From Lepidodermella squamata (lineage: Eukaryota > Animalia > Gastrotricha), in assembly GCA_047495785.1 (NCBI GenBank), contig JBLDXI010000020.1, positions 2,108,001 to 2,172,000 of the forward strand: DNA of 64,000 nucleotides, read 5' to 3'. Each line of letters opens with the position of its first letter. Positions within the stretch are counted from its first letter, which is position 1. Of this stretch, positions 24,801 through 36,215 are shown piece by piece. Position numbers and translations under genes: made by a program. The notes beneath the pieces were generated by a model. It searched no databases. It had not been told where the DNA came from and was given only the letters and a program-made list of their open reading frames with translations.

Positions 24801-27800
24801 GCCCCTCGAGCTGATATCATTAAAAAGGACGTTCACGATGTTCGAATGAGCGAACTTCGCTATCATCAACAGCGTGTCGAAGCCCATTGCGCCGGCGCTA
24901 TAGAGCGCCTCGATAAAGTTGGCCACGATTTCGAGAGTCTACTCGTTCAACACGATCAGTGGATAAGCGACTACGAAACTCTCGTCGCGAAATTAACTGC
25001 GAAAATTGAAGAAGTTACAAAATCGGCGAAATTAACTGCCCTCCAAAAGCAGACGCAAAACGAACAGGAACGAACTATGGATTTGGTTCGGACGTCTTTA
25101 CGCGACATGCGGCGCCGTTTAGAAGACACAGCCAATGCGTTACGCATCGCAAATTCTGACTTGACTCGCAATTTTAAGCTCTTTTCTGAGGGTGGTAACT
25201 TCTCGCCGGAGGAAATTGTCGAATTTCGCGAGAAGCTCGACCAGGTCGGGAAGCAAATCGACGAAACTGAGGGTAATATTATGGGTGAGATGGAGGGCAT
25301 TGAAGCGAGACGGTTGAAGCAATGCGCCGCTGTTGTTTCGACCTTTGAGGAGCAATTCAAATACCCAATGCAAGACCTAGTTTTTCTGGAAAAGGTCTCG
25401 CAAATTTTTACAAATACGCAATGCAAAGTTAAGGCGGAGGCGAGTGAATCTAACTCAATCTCACTTCATCTGAGGCAGTTGGTCGAGCGGTTAGAGCGAC
25501 GCCTTGATGCGGTGATGAAGCCTAATTTGGATAAGGAGCAAATCGGCGCGAATGAGGTTAATATAAGCCTGACTGAACTCAGCGATCTTTGCCGGCAACG
25601 AGCGGCTTATCTGGACTGCCAATTGCCCCCGCCTGCTGTTAGCCAGGCCGCTGCGAATCAGCAGCAAGCAGCTGCGTTGGGCGTTGTCACCTCCTTAACG
25701 GCTTCTGTGACTAGTTTAGACCAACTAACCGCCCCGCAACCGATGTCGTCAGTTGCGCCGGTTAAGAAGGAAAAACGCAAGAGTCGAGCTGCGATTCCGC
25801 CCATCAAAACTTCAACGACTTTGACTACGGCTACTAACCCTGTACCCCCTACACCGGTGCCAGTTGCAGCCCCGGCGCCGGCCTATACTTCGAGAAATAA
25901 TAAGGAAGTCGAATCTTTTGCGACTATTCGAGCTTTATTGGCGTAAGTATTTTTATTTTTGAAAAAAATGATTTTATTATGAAAATGACGTGGCTCGTGA
26001 TTTTGTTACCTCCTACCCCAACTTCCCGAGATCATGTGCCACGTAATCAAATCGGATCGTGTTGGTAGCTTTTCACCTTTTCGCGGCAATCTGCCGCCTT
26101 CGCTCGATTTATTGAGCCGTCTTAAATTGCCTTTTAATTTGATTACTACACTCGGCACTTTTGGCTTTGCGTTGACATCCTCAGTCTCATCGCCTTGCTC
26201 CTGTATTATCGCTGATTGAACCATTTCAATGAGCTGATTTTGCCGATTGCTTGTCGCTAGGAGCGATTCCAGTCGCCCGATTCGGTCGGGTGAAATTTCG
26301 CTGCGACCCACGACGAAGCAACAGATCAGCAAAATAAACCTATTCATAATAGTAATCCTATAGGACAGTTGAAATTCGTGAAATATTTAAAAATAATTTA
26401 AGGGATTAGGACTGAGAATTTATATAGCTATAACTAAATCATGATCAAGAGCGGTATATTATATGGCGCTTACTCGAAAAAAAACAGAAAATTTTAATTA
26501 ATAGCTTGCATCGACGGCAAACTTGATGAGGAATCATGTGACTTCCTAAGCGATAAATAAATTGACCTAGGGCCAATTACCCTTGACTAGTGATCTAACA
26601 TCATTTGCGCCTGCGAATCGTCTAAGCTATCGGTAACCCAAGAAAATAGGCTGAATGAGACCATCGTTGTCTCAGATCGATAAAAGGTGTCCACTTAATA
26701 GACTAGATATCGACTAGACTCTGAGCCGCGTCGTAATATAATATCGATGATCGAAAATAAGACAAATCGGACTAAATCTGTCAAATCCGTTTGCATCAAG
26801 AGAGAGAGACGTCGGAAAAGGTGGATTTGCTAGGTAGGTAAGTTTAATTAAAAAAACAGTCCTACTTCTAGTGTGACCAAATAATTGTGTTTTTCGACGT
26901 CTTTTTGAAATTTGTGGGGTTTTCACAATAAGCAGTTGAAAAAAATAAAAAATAAAGTAATTATGGAATTCTGTAAAACTTTTTAATAGTTTTCGTCTGA
27001 CGCTAAGTTGTGAAATGTTGCACCGCAACCGGCGCATTTCGTTCCGCCAAACGATAGAAAAAATTCTGACCAGAGAAGAAGTCTTGGATCAAAGGGATTT
27101 TTAGCAGTAAAAAATTCGGTGAGAATGACGTGAAATATTGAGGAGAAAAATTTCGGTGAAAGTATTCTGTAAATTTTCGCATGATTAATTTACTTAGCCG
27201 AATTGTCTGATGTGAAAATACGAATACATTATTGCGAATTACGAATTTTGAAACGTCCATTCTTCGCCGTCCTAAAAACCGGAACATGGAGACGGTATAT
27301 GCAGACGATGAGACGATGCGAGGGGGAAAAATAATTAAAGTATCACTATTTCATTATTTCTAGGGTGAATAGGGGGAAATGTCAGGTCGTCTGCGACAAC
27401 TCGTCCGGCGACAACTTAGACATCGGACTACTCATCCGTCTCGGCATCGGCTAAAATGTCTGAGTTGACATTAAAAATTAATATTTAAATGAATATTTAA
27501 TTTCGGATGAGTTGTCTGATGTCTCAGTTGTCGCGGACGATTTTTCAGCGAAAATAAATATTTAAATAATTTTGGATGAGTTCAAATCGCCGTTGAATTC
27601 CTGAGCAATTCTTTGTTTTAGGTAAGAGTGAGATTCAGTTAATAGAATATTCAAGAATATGCCAAAACTTATTATCACTTTTATAACAAATACCACGCAG
27701 TTGGGCGGCTAATTGAATCACACGTCGCGTCCTCATATTATGTCACAAATTTGCTCCGAAATGTAATGCCTAATCAGACGTCTTTTTTTATCCCCCAAGA

Positions 27801-30800
27801 CGTCTGATTTTTTTGAACCCCCTCCCCCAAAATTTGTTACTATAGAATTGATTTTTTGTAAGTAAATTTTTTTCATTATGTTTCAGTGATGAAGAGCGAT
27901 CAAGACCTCTGCCTCCCATTGGAGCAGCCGCTGCTGCGCCAAAGGAGGACGACAAGAAAAAGAGCGAAGGTTCCAAAAGAGACAAATCACAGGACAAAGA
28001 CGATAAAAAAGGCGCAGAGCAACAGGCCGATGATATCCCCCTCGGCGGAACCGCTGGCGCCATGCGACGCGTCTCGGTCGCTAGTGGATCTAACAACAAA
28101 AACCGAAATCGCGGAAATTCAATGGTCGACGCGGAAGGCAAACCCATCAAAAAGCAACGTCCTTCATCTGGGTAAATTGAAAAATTCCTGAAATTTTGAA
28201 TGCCTTTTATTAATCGAATTATTGAAAAATATAATTAGCGATAAAAATAAGGCGCAAGTTGCGCCGATGGACTATAGACAGGACGGCCATGGCGATCCGG
28301 GCAAGAAAAAGTTCTTGCGCAGGTTCAGTGTTGTGCCGCTATTCACGGCCGTTTATCACCTTTATATAGCTTATTTTAATTTAATTTAATTTTTGTTCAC
28401 TTAGTAGTCACTAGTTGCCAATTATCATTTTCGGTCCTAAATTTTTCCATCAATTTTTAATTTTTTTTATAAATTTTGTACAGCTTATTGGGAAATACTC
28501 GCCAAGCTCGGCTTGAACTCGAAAAGCTGTACCGAACCTTTGGAGTTACAGAGGACTACCCGAATGAAGATTTCAATCTACTCGGCCGGTCGAGAATTAT
28601 GATAAGAGCTGCTCTGGAAGCTCTTCTCCAAGCTGGGGAGACTTTTTACCGGGCAAAAGGTAATTAATTTCGATTTTTTTCACGCGATGTTTCTCACTTT
28701 CGTGATTCACTATGTATGAAATAAAAGTCGAAGGTGAGTTGTCTGAAATTAGGTCACATTTAATTAGGTCTCATCTAGTGCAAGATTTATATTATATACC
28801 AACACAGTAATTTCCCTCTGAATTTTTCCGGTCAAAATCCTGTATAGCTATGTTTGCCTTTGAAATTCAATTTGCCTGCATCCACTGAAATCATTTGTGC
28901 ATGACATGTTCACAGAAGAGTCGTTGACTCACCGCCAAATCGGCCTGCAGCGAAGCATGGCTGCTGCAGCGGCAGCGGCGGCCGCCCGTCGCGCCACCCG
29001 TGAGTCGCATGATCACCATCAGCCGAGTCATCATCGTCCCCACCACCAAAAAGCGCAGAAAAAGCGCCGCATGCGAAAAGGTTTAGCCGTGTCGTTTTCT
29101 ATGCCGAATATTGTCGCTGAATGGGCGGCGAAAAATCATTATAATCACAATAATTATGTTGCGGAAAATAATCACGACAATCACATCGGCACATCGTTGA
29201 ATGCGTTTCACGCGGCCAAATTGCCGCACGTTGTTGCGTTTAATCGTCGCCTGCAAACTTTTGGTTCATCATCGTCTTCATCCTCAAAGCCTAATTTGAC
29301 TAAACCTAAGCCTGGTTTGCTTGCACAATCGCCGTTGTCCTCCAATGTTGTCGTCCTTATCATTTTTGTATTGGTCTTAGTAAAATTGTTGTCGTATTGC
29401 CGCTTTTGTCTAAGATTAATTGATCTTATTTTCCTGATTTTAATATTTTCTATGATTTTTCAGCTCTTCGAATTTCCGCGAAACCTGCTGTTTTGGAGAC
29501 TTTCGAAGACTACAGCGAGATGGTGGTTAAAAGGCTGACATCCTACTGGGACCAGACTCGTGAATATCACAACGATTGTGTTCAAGGTATATTAACAATT
29601 TTCCTATTTCCTTTCCTTTCCTTTCCTTTCCTTTCCTTTCGTAAAACTAATTGTCCATTTTTTACAGAATTCCGCCAGCAGCTGTTCAAGATCGAAGAAA
29701 TCGCTCAGAATTTGCCTGAAATGGTAATCGCCGAGCGCTATTCGCAGCGCATTGAAGCCGTCAGTAGAATCAAGGACGAATTTTTCCGAAGCGCCATGGA
29801 ACTGCAGGAAGAAAACGAGCGCAAAAAATCCGAGAATGAAAACCAGTTGCGACCCGGGTTGGGCCACCCGCAACAGGAGCCTCTCCTAACAGCCCTCTGC
29901 CATGTTGAGGAACAGCGGCATAAGGATTTTGTCAAGCGTTTGGAGCAGTTGCATTCTTCGGCTATGGACGCTCAAATTAAGGAATCGGCTCAGTTCTATT
30001 CAGATCTTCAACGGGATGCCTTTGAACTGCTTGTTTTCTACGACAGCATCATGACAGCCGCCGATATTGTTAAAGGAGGTTGGTCTACAATTTTTTTTAA
30101 ATTCGAAAACTTTCGAGGAATAATTGAAAAATTGAAAAATTTCAAAATTTCAAAATTTCAAAAAATTAAATTCCCTTGTCTTTGAAAAAATATGAAAATT
30201 GGGAAATTTAAAAAAATATTTAAAATTAAAAAAAATTGAATTTAATTTTTTGTGAAATTTTCTGGAAAATTGTTGAAATTTTTTTGAAATTTATCAAAAT
30301 TTTAAAATGAAATTGAAATATTTCAGAGGTTGTCCAGAGGAAATTGCCGACAATTGCGTTGATTCACCGCACCCAACAGCTGCTTGTCGCTGATTCTACG
30401 GCCTTCAACCAGGTCAAAGCTTCGTTGGACGTAGTCATCAACGCTAAGCCAGACACTGCCGGCGACAGTGCCGAGCTTAGCGGCCCGCGAAATTGGCCGC
30501 CTCTGACCACAAACGGCGATTTACTGCCCAACTTTTTAATGGCAAATCGCGCCCAATTGAAGGCCATTCTCGCGCCGCTTCACGTGAAAACCGACCACGC
30601 CACCCTTCCGCAGCATGCTGTTATTCGAGCTCGAGATGGCCTGGGTCAAAAGTACAAGGCCAGCGTCGAACAGGTTGTAGCCGACCTCGAGGCGTTGTAC
30701 GTCTACATGCAGGAGACGGAGACGAAATGGTTCGAAAAATGGCTGCGATCTGTTGAAAGCGTTCGCAAGCTTTATCAGGTCCAGGGTGTTCGAGCGGCAC

Positions 30801-30811
30801 CGGCAAAATAA
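21803..30811 (+). CDS. CCDC180: Coiled-coil domain-containing protein 180 (DUF4455/DUF4456), multi-exon
   Basis: N-terminal SGKVYKQLVDDQ, long coiled-coil ORFs 22559-24568 and 24756-25946 with LFSEGGNFSPEEI and LRLQLHAPRA, C-terminal ENQLRPGLGHPQ...LCHVEEQRH; last exon ends at stop 30811. Confidence 0.85.
26006..26347 (-). CDS. Neuropeptide precursor, W(X6)W-amide (myoinhibitory peptide / allatostatin-B-like), nested antisense in a CCDC180 intron
   Basis: Short hydrophobic leader MNRFILLICCFVVGRS, basic cleavage sites (RR, RK, R), C-terminal SDLITWHMISGSW-G-RR-stop. TATATAAA at 26426-26419 and AATAAA at 25978-25973 on the minus strand. Confidence 0.8.
   Translation of the reverse strand: MNRFILLICCFVVGRSEISPDRIGRLESLLATSNRQNQLIEMVQSAIIQEQGDETEDVNAKPKVPSVVIKLKGNLRRLNKSSEGGRLPRKGEKLPTRSDLITWHMISGSWGRR
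27401..27540. repeat. Imperfect inverted repeat (MITE-like) in a CCDC180 intron
   Basis: TCGTCCGGCGACAACTTAGACATCGGACTACTCATCCG pairs with CGGATGAGTTGTCTGATGTCTCAGTTGTCGCGGACGA. Confidence 0.7.
28916..29314 (+). other. Candidate in-frame alternative (cassette) exon of CCDC180, 399 nt
   Basis: TTCACAG|AA acceptor and G|GTTTGC donor are both phase 1, matching the flanking phase-1 intron 28660-29463. Open frame encodes poly-Ala, His-rich and KKRRMRK segments. Confidence 0.55.
29601..29640. repeat. (CCTTT)n microsatellite in a short intron
   Basis: TTCCTATTTCCTTTCCTTTCCTTTCCCTTTCCTTTCCTTTC-like run seen directly. Confidence 0.85.
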
Positions 30812-31193
30812 CACAAATTTTATTGAGATTTATTCTTCTGTTTGCCAAACACTGATTTTATTTACAATTCGATTTTTTGTCACAATAAACTAGTTTTATT
30901 TTTGAAAGCAGAAATATTATTCGTTTTTTTAAACAGATAAATCAAGTGCGATGGTAGGGGGAAGTGAAAGCTGAAACTATCTCAATTATTCGATTTGAGC
31001 GGGTGTGAATATTTGCGCACGCAAAAACGGCATTTCCGCGCTGAAATTTCGCGATACATGAAATTTTGAGTTTTTACGCACTCAATTCAAGTGCTTGGAA
31101 ATTTGAATTTTCAGGGAGTTAAATGCCAACTTTAGGGCCCACGCTATCCTTTACCCAGAGATTCGTCCAGATTTAAAACCTCAGACATATTTA

Positions 31194-33521
31194 TTATAGC
31201 ATAGTAGTAATGCTGTCAACAAATCGGACCGACTTAGGAAGGGTGCTAAGCCTACGCCTTCCTATTCTGTTCGGCGGAGGCGGCGAGACGCCCTGCGCGA
31301 ATAGAACAGTCGGAGTCAACGCGCAGTTAGTCATCAAGCTGTTGATTGCTTCCTGCGGAATCTCAGCCGAAGCGCCTGTATTAATGACCAGGTTCAGATC
31401 CGCGACTGTCATCGCCCTCGGAACAGATGATTGCGACCTCGCTCGTTTTTTCTCCCAATGACGCAGCTTTGCGATATGGCAAGCGGCCGTTGTGTAGTAG
31501 CGGTGGAAGAAAATAGCTGAGCTCAGCGAGGCGTAGCTAAACGTCCAAATAACCACTGCTACCTCACGAAACGGCGGCCACGTGATTTGTTTATGAAAAT
31601 TTGTCATCAAAACCAATATAATTAAATGAAGAGGTATGCTGGAATACACGAAAATTCGACACGTTTTCAGGTCGCTCATAACAACTGAATTGATCCAGTA
31701 TCGACGCGTTTCAACCGCTAGCACGATGATAGCAATAAAAATAAAACAGTGCCAGAACGCGTCAGCTAGAAAAGCGACTGAATCAGGCCGTTTTAACATG
31801 ACAGTCGAAATTCCGATAAAGCAAGTCCGGGTTATTGACTGAAAATCATAGTAACCATCCGTCCATGTTTCGTTGATGACATCCACGAAAAGACCGCCGC
31901 GAATTTCGCGTTCGAAGTAGTCCCAAACCAGAATTATGACTGATATTAGAATAACAGGGATCGTGATAACAGCCACGAAGATATCGTTAGAATTCGGGCT
32001 CAAACTCGTGTCGAAAAAAGCTCGTCGAAATCGGAAAAATTTAGCGTAGAGAACCGAGTGTAGAACAGCGATTCCTAGATTGATCAGGACGAACCGGCTG
32101 TAGCACAAAATTTCAGCCGTCTCTTCCTCAAAATCGGCGGCGAACAGCTGTAGACACCCTCCACCGGCTAGTAGGACATTGGCGATCAGAATTAGGCAAC
32201 TTGTCGCTAATTTTCGACCCTTATCACAGGGTGTTTGATCGAAAATTAAGGCGACGGACAGCGCTAAATTGACTAGAATTATCAGACTAGCCCATGCGAC
32301 TAGGAAACTTTTTAGATCATCGCCTATTTGTACGATAGTCTGATTTAGGTGGAACTGATCAGCTGGCGGCCGGTCGAATGGCCAAACGACTTTATCGGTA
32401 TACTTCATTGTCCAATTTGAGTCGGTTTCCAGGTCAAATTTGTGCTCAAGAATTGCGACCTGCCGGAAAGTTCCATTACGATTCCATTGGCTTATCGTTT
32501 GAATCCTCGTCGATTTGCCGTCGTTCACGCTTGATTGAGCAGATAGAATAGCTTCAATCATAGCATCCCGGCATTTGAACCTTAAATTATAGTCAGGCCT
32601 AGTTTTATTCAGTCTTCTATTCAGCAGATCTTCGTTGAGATAGAAATTCCGATGAAGCCCAACTTCAGCCTCGCCAATTACGAAAAAGCTACTCAACTGG
32701 CGTAGTAAGATCGACCTCGAACACTCGGTTTCATTCAGTCCGAGAAAATCGATTATCTGTAATTCATTTGATACAAAAACGAACCTTGAACCTGTGAAAC
32801 CTTTCGAATAAGCTTGGCAAAGGAATGACTGCATAATTTCGCCCTCGAGAAATAGGAAGAAAATTCTTGAAGATGTGCCCAATTCTTCAATGATGTCCTC
32901 CTCTTCAAGTAGGCCGATCAGTGTCGCGTTAATATTCGATTGCATGGCTTCGAATTCAAGCCTGATTCCCGATTCAACATTTTCCTGGTTTTGATCGACT
33001 AATATCGCGATATTTTGCCATTTCCCGATTCGAATTACAAGCGCGAGTTGGGCCTCGACAAGATCCGGACTCGATTGTTGACAGTTCGAACCTGTGAAAA
33101 TTTGCATAGTAGGATTGATGAAAGGTAGAATGCCATCCCAGTCGATGCGGCAAGAACTCGGTTTATCGAAAACAGCGACAAATGCCGAAAAATTGTTGCC
33201 GCTGAGTTCTAGAATTGTTCTCAACATATCAGGCGAATGTTCATCACGGAAGACGGGTTCAATGCGGTAATTTGGCGATTGTGAGTTCAAGCTGTCTACA
33301 ACGAAATCCATAGATGTTCGGCACGCTGACGAATTTCCAGGCAAAGGTGTTATCGCCAAGATATTTAACCTAGTTTTTTCGACTGCTTTCACGCTTTGAG
33401 GCGCGACTCGCGGTGGCATAGCCGTTCGTCGCGCTTGAGTGATTATTTCTGCCGAATTTAAATAATTCGACAATAAGACGGCTGTGAGGCTCAGAGCAAG
33501 TGATATTTTTCGACGCTTCAT
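31194..33521 (-). CDS. Divergent intronless class C (GABA-B-like) GPCR: Venus-flytrap-type ectodomain plus 7TM
   Basis: Single ORF of about 775 aa: leader, LNILAITPLPG...IEPVFRD, WQNIAILVD, FLCQAYSKGFTGSRFV, W-x-x-x-x-P-P-x-D linker without a Cys-rich domain, seven hydrophobic helices with LC..R and AKFFR motifs. Confidence 0.8.
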   Translation of the reverse strand: MKRRKISLALSLTAVLLSNYLNSAEIITQARRTAMPPRVAPQSVKAVEKTRLNILAITPLPGNSSACRTSMDFVVDSLNSQSPNYRIEPVFRDEHSPDMLRTILELSGNNFSAFVAVFDKPSSCRIDWDGILPFINPTMQIFTGSNCQQSSPDLVEAQLALVIRIGKWQNIAILVDQNQENVESGIRLEFEAMQSNINATLIGLLEEEDIIEELGTSSRIFFLFLEGEIMQSFLCQAYSKGFTGSRFVFVSNELQIIDFLGLNETECSRSILLRQLSSFFVIGEAEVGLHRNFYLNEDLLNRRLNKTRPDYNLRFKCRDAMIEAILSAQSSVNDGKSTRIQTISQWNRNGTFRQVAILEHKFDLETDSNWTMKYTDKVVWPFDRPPADQFHLNQTIVQIGDDLKSFLVAWASLIILVNLALSVALIFDQTPCDKGRKLATSCLILIANVLLAGGGCLQLFAADFEEETAEILCYSRFVLINLGIAVLHSVLYAKFFRFRRAFFDTSLSPNSNDIFVAVITIPVILISVIILVWDYFEREIRGGLFVDVINETWTDGYYDFQSITRTCFIGISTVMLKRPDSVAFLADAFWHCFIFIAIIVLAVETRRYWINSVVMSDLKTCRIFVYSSIPLHLIILVLMTNFHKQITWPPFREVAVVIWTFSYASLSSAIFFHRYYTTAACHIAKLRHWEKKRARSQSSVPRAMTVADLNLVINTGASAEIPQEAINSLMTNCALTPTVLFAQGVSPPPPNRIGRRRLSTLPKSVRFVDSITTML

Positions 33522-33756
33522 AGCATTGAAGTGCAAAATTTAACAACTGTATATTTGGTTTCGAAACTTGAAAAATTTGAGATCTTTTTACAACACAAAC
33601 AGGAAATCATGCCTTTCTATGGGCAAAAATCGATACGAAGCCCCCCGATGCTTTTACCGCTTTAAAAAAGCACTCTTCGATAATTAAAAGCGTCTCGAGT
33701 TTTTATTTTAGCCGACTAATATAAAGAGGTTATACACCCGCGTCTTGGCACGTAAA

Positions 33757-35557
33757 TTATTGACGGTGAGATGAGGTATTTGGCTTGAAGACCGGGGTCC
33801 GAGCTTTGCCCGACGACGATTGCGTTCGCCTAGCCCGAGGATCAATGTTTGACAGACTGGAACCGATGAAATTGTTCTCGCTATTCTTATTCTGACCATT
33901 AGCAACCGTAAACGACTGGTGCGGAGTTCGCCGCGGCGAATTTGACCCGATTCCAACCTGGCTTTGAATCATTTTCCGCTTGATTGCATCGTCACGCAAC
34001 GCAGTTGTACGAGTTGTGTGGAACTTGATGATCGGGGCTGATACACGGCGGCTTGGGGTTTTGGCGACTTCAACAGGCTTTTCAATCTTCGGCGCTTCGG
34101 GCTCTTCCGATTCCTCTTTGATCGGACTCAAGTCTAAAGCATTGACATCAGCAGTCTCTGGCTGATAAGGCTGCGGTTGAACGGGTTCAACCTGCTCATC
34201 AAAATCGATAAATTCAGTCGGCGGCGGATTTACGTTATCCGCGAGTTTCGGGCTCCACGGTGGTTCCTGCTCGTCGTCGATGGTCGTATCAAACGAGAAG
34301 TTGGGCGCGGTAACAATGGCATCTTCCTCCGGCGGACTAATTATGATAGTCGGGGAGAAAAGTTCGTTGCTGAACGAGCTGATTTCGCGACTCGAAGCAT
34401 CAGATTCTTCAGCCTCGACGCTGAACCTCATGCCATCTTCAGCATTAAAGATCGGGCCATCAACGACGCTTTCTTCGTCAGAACTGACCCGCGACGTAGT
34501 GTGACACGCATCGTTGACATTGCTGGAGATGGACAAGTTTTCCTGACTTTGCCGGTTCGATTCATTGTTCGAATCGGCTGGAGTCGTAAATTCAGAGCTT
34601 GAAACCGTGGAAGTTATGCCTAGCCCAGCTGGTACATTCTCCAGACACGCATGATTGGCATTGCTGGTTGCAGAAGAGATCGACAAATCTTCCTGGCTTT
34701 GCCTAATCGAATCGCGGTTTGAATTTGTTTGAGTTGTTGAATCGGAGCTTGAGACGGTGGAATTCTTGCCTAGCCTGGCTGAGACATTTTCGGCTTGATC
34801 ATAGTTCACAGCTTCGTCAAGCGTCATTGAATTCAAGACTGGGGCGACATGCTCGTCGAAAACGCACGCGAGACAGCACTCGACCGAAATATCAGCCGCC
34901 GATTTGCCATCCGATTTCGCGATTTGCTTCATCAAACTAAAAATAGATGGTAAAACCAGGGAATTTGAAGGTAAACAGAAATTACTATTTCTTCTGGTCA
35001 TGAATGATTCTGTCCACAGCTTCATTTAGTGCAGTTCGATCAATTTCCGAATCGGTGGAACTATTTTCGGTTGAAAGCTGGCAGAAAATTAGATTTTTGT
35101 CGAAAATCACGTCGACTAGGTTGGTTTCTTGCGAGATCGATGAGTCGCCATCATTTCCGACTTCAACCAATTGCGCGATATTGCTAGAGTTCATGTTAGC
35201 CGCGTCAATTGAACTACTCGACGGTGCAATTATTGAGACGTCATGGACCGATTTAGTAGCTTCCTCGTCGGAAATACTTGACTTTAGGCTATGCGTTGAA
35301 ATGGGCGTAGTAGCATCTTTGAGAGATTGGGTTGATTCCGAGTTCGAAAGGGTAGCCTGAGATTCCGACAGCTCTGGAACACTTGAAGCAGCGTCATTGT
35401 TGAGTTCTACGACAGGGGCCGCTTCGATAGTTCTGAATCGTTGGGCAACCCGTTTTAGGAACTCAACAAACCTCTCGTAAGTTCGCTCGCCGTAGTTATA
35501 GCCTAAATACAGGCCGACAACGCCGGACGTGGCGGGTATGACGTATAGATATGTCAT
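33757..35557 (-). CDS. Orphan protein: N-terminal membrane anchor plus long acidic Ser-rich disordered region; 2 exons
   Basis: ORFs 34985-35653 and 33757-35025 join through a short GT..AG intron (AAATA|GTAATT ... TTTTAG|TTTGATG). ATG 35557 gives MTYLYVIPATSGVVGLYLGY. Internal repeat of about 50 aa. AATAAA at 33707-33702. Confidence 0.7.
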
Positions 35558-36215
35558 GTTTGTAAAATGCAGTTTGTTGCCAAGACGCAAGGTGAAAGAA
35601 TGAAGAAATGCGAAAATCGGAAATTCTTCCAGCTTCATTTTTAAGGTGGACATTTTAAAAAAAAATTGTCAAAACGCACTGATTTGCAAAAAATGCGAGT
35701 TTTTATTGCACGTAGGTATTTTTTAATTGCTTCTCCTCTCAGATAAGTAATAATACAGGTAATTTTTTTTTTATAATAATAATAATGCGCGGAAACATAA
35801 AATTTTTTACTCACGAAATACATAAATAATTGATATGAGTACGAGTTTGAAATTAAATTTGTTAATTGCACAAATAATCGGTAATACAATAATAATTATT
35901 GCCCCGGTCAATATTGCTGCACTTGCGCGCGATGGCGCGGTAATATTTACAATGAGACCAAACGAAGTAAAAACTTTTTTTCAATTCAATTCAATCACAG
36001 TTAATGGACAAGGCGTGTTATTCATCGTTCGTTCGTTCGTTCGTTGTGCGCAATTTAATCTCAGTGATTTGATACAAAAAAAATTAACAAAAAAATCTCT
36101 AATAAAATTGAGCATTCGCATTCACCTTTTTTTTATCGTTAAATTGAGAGGGGAAAAATTGGTACAAATTATTGGAGAAAATGAGAATCGAGTTAAATTG
36201 CGTCAGTTATTTTTT

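Noticed and set aside
24971-25426. 151-aa minus-strand ORF
   Set aside because: Antisense to the conserved CCDC180 exon.
28897-29538. Stand-alone 213-aa membrane protein gene
   Set aside because: It starts at GTG inside an intron and its hydrophobic end is T-rich intron sequence. Better explained as an alternative CCDC180 exon.
34985-35025. Programmed frameshift between two overlapping ORFs
   Set aside because: A short canonical GT..AG intron joins them in frame.
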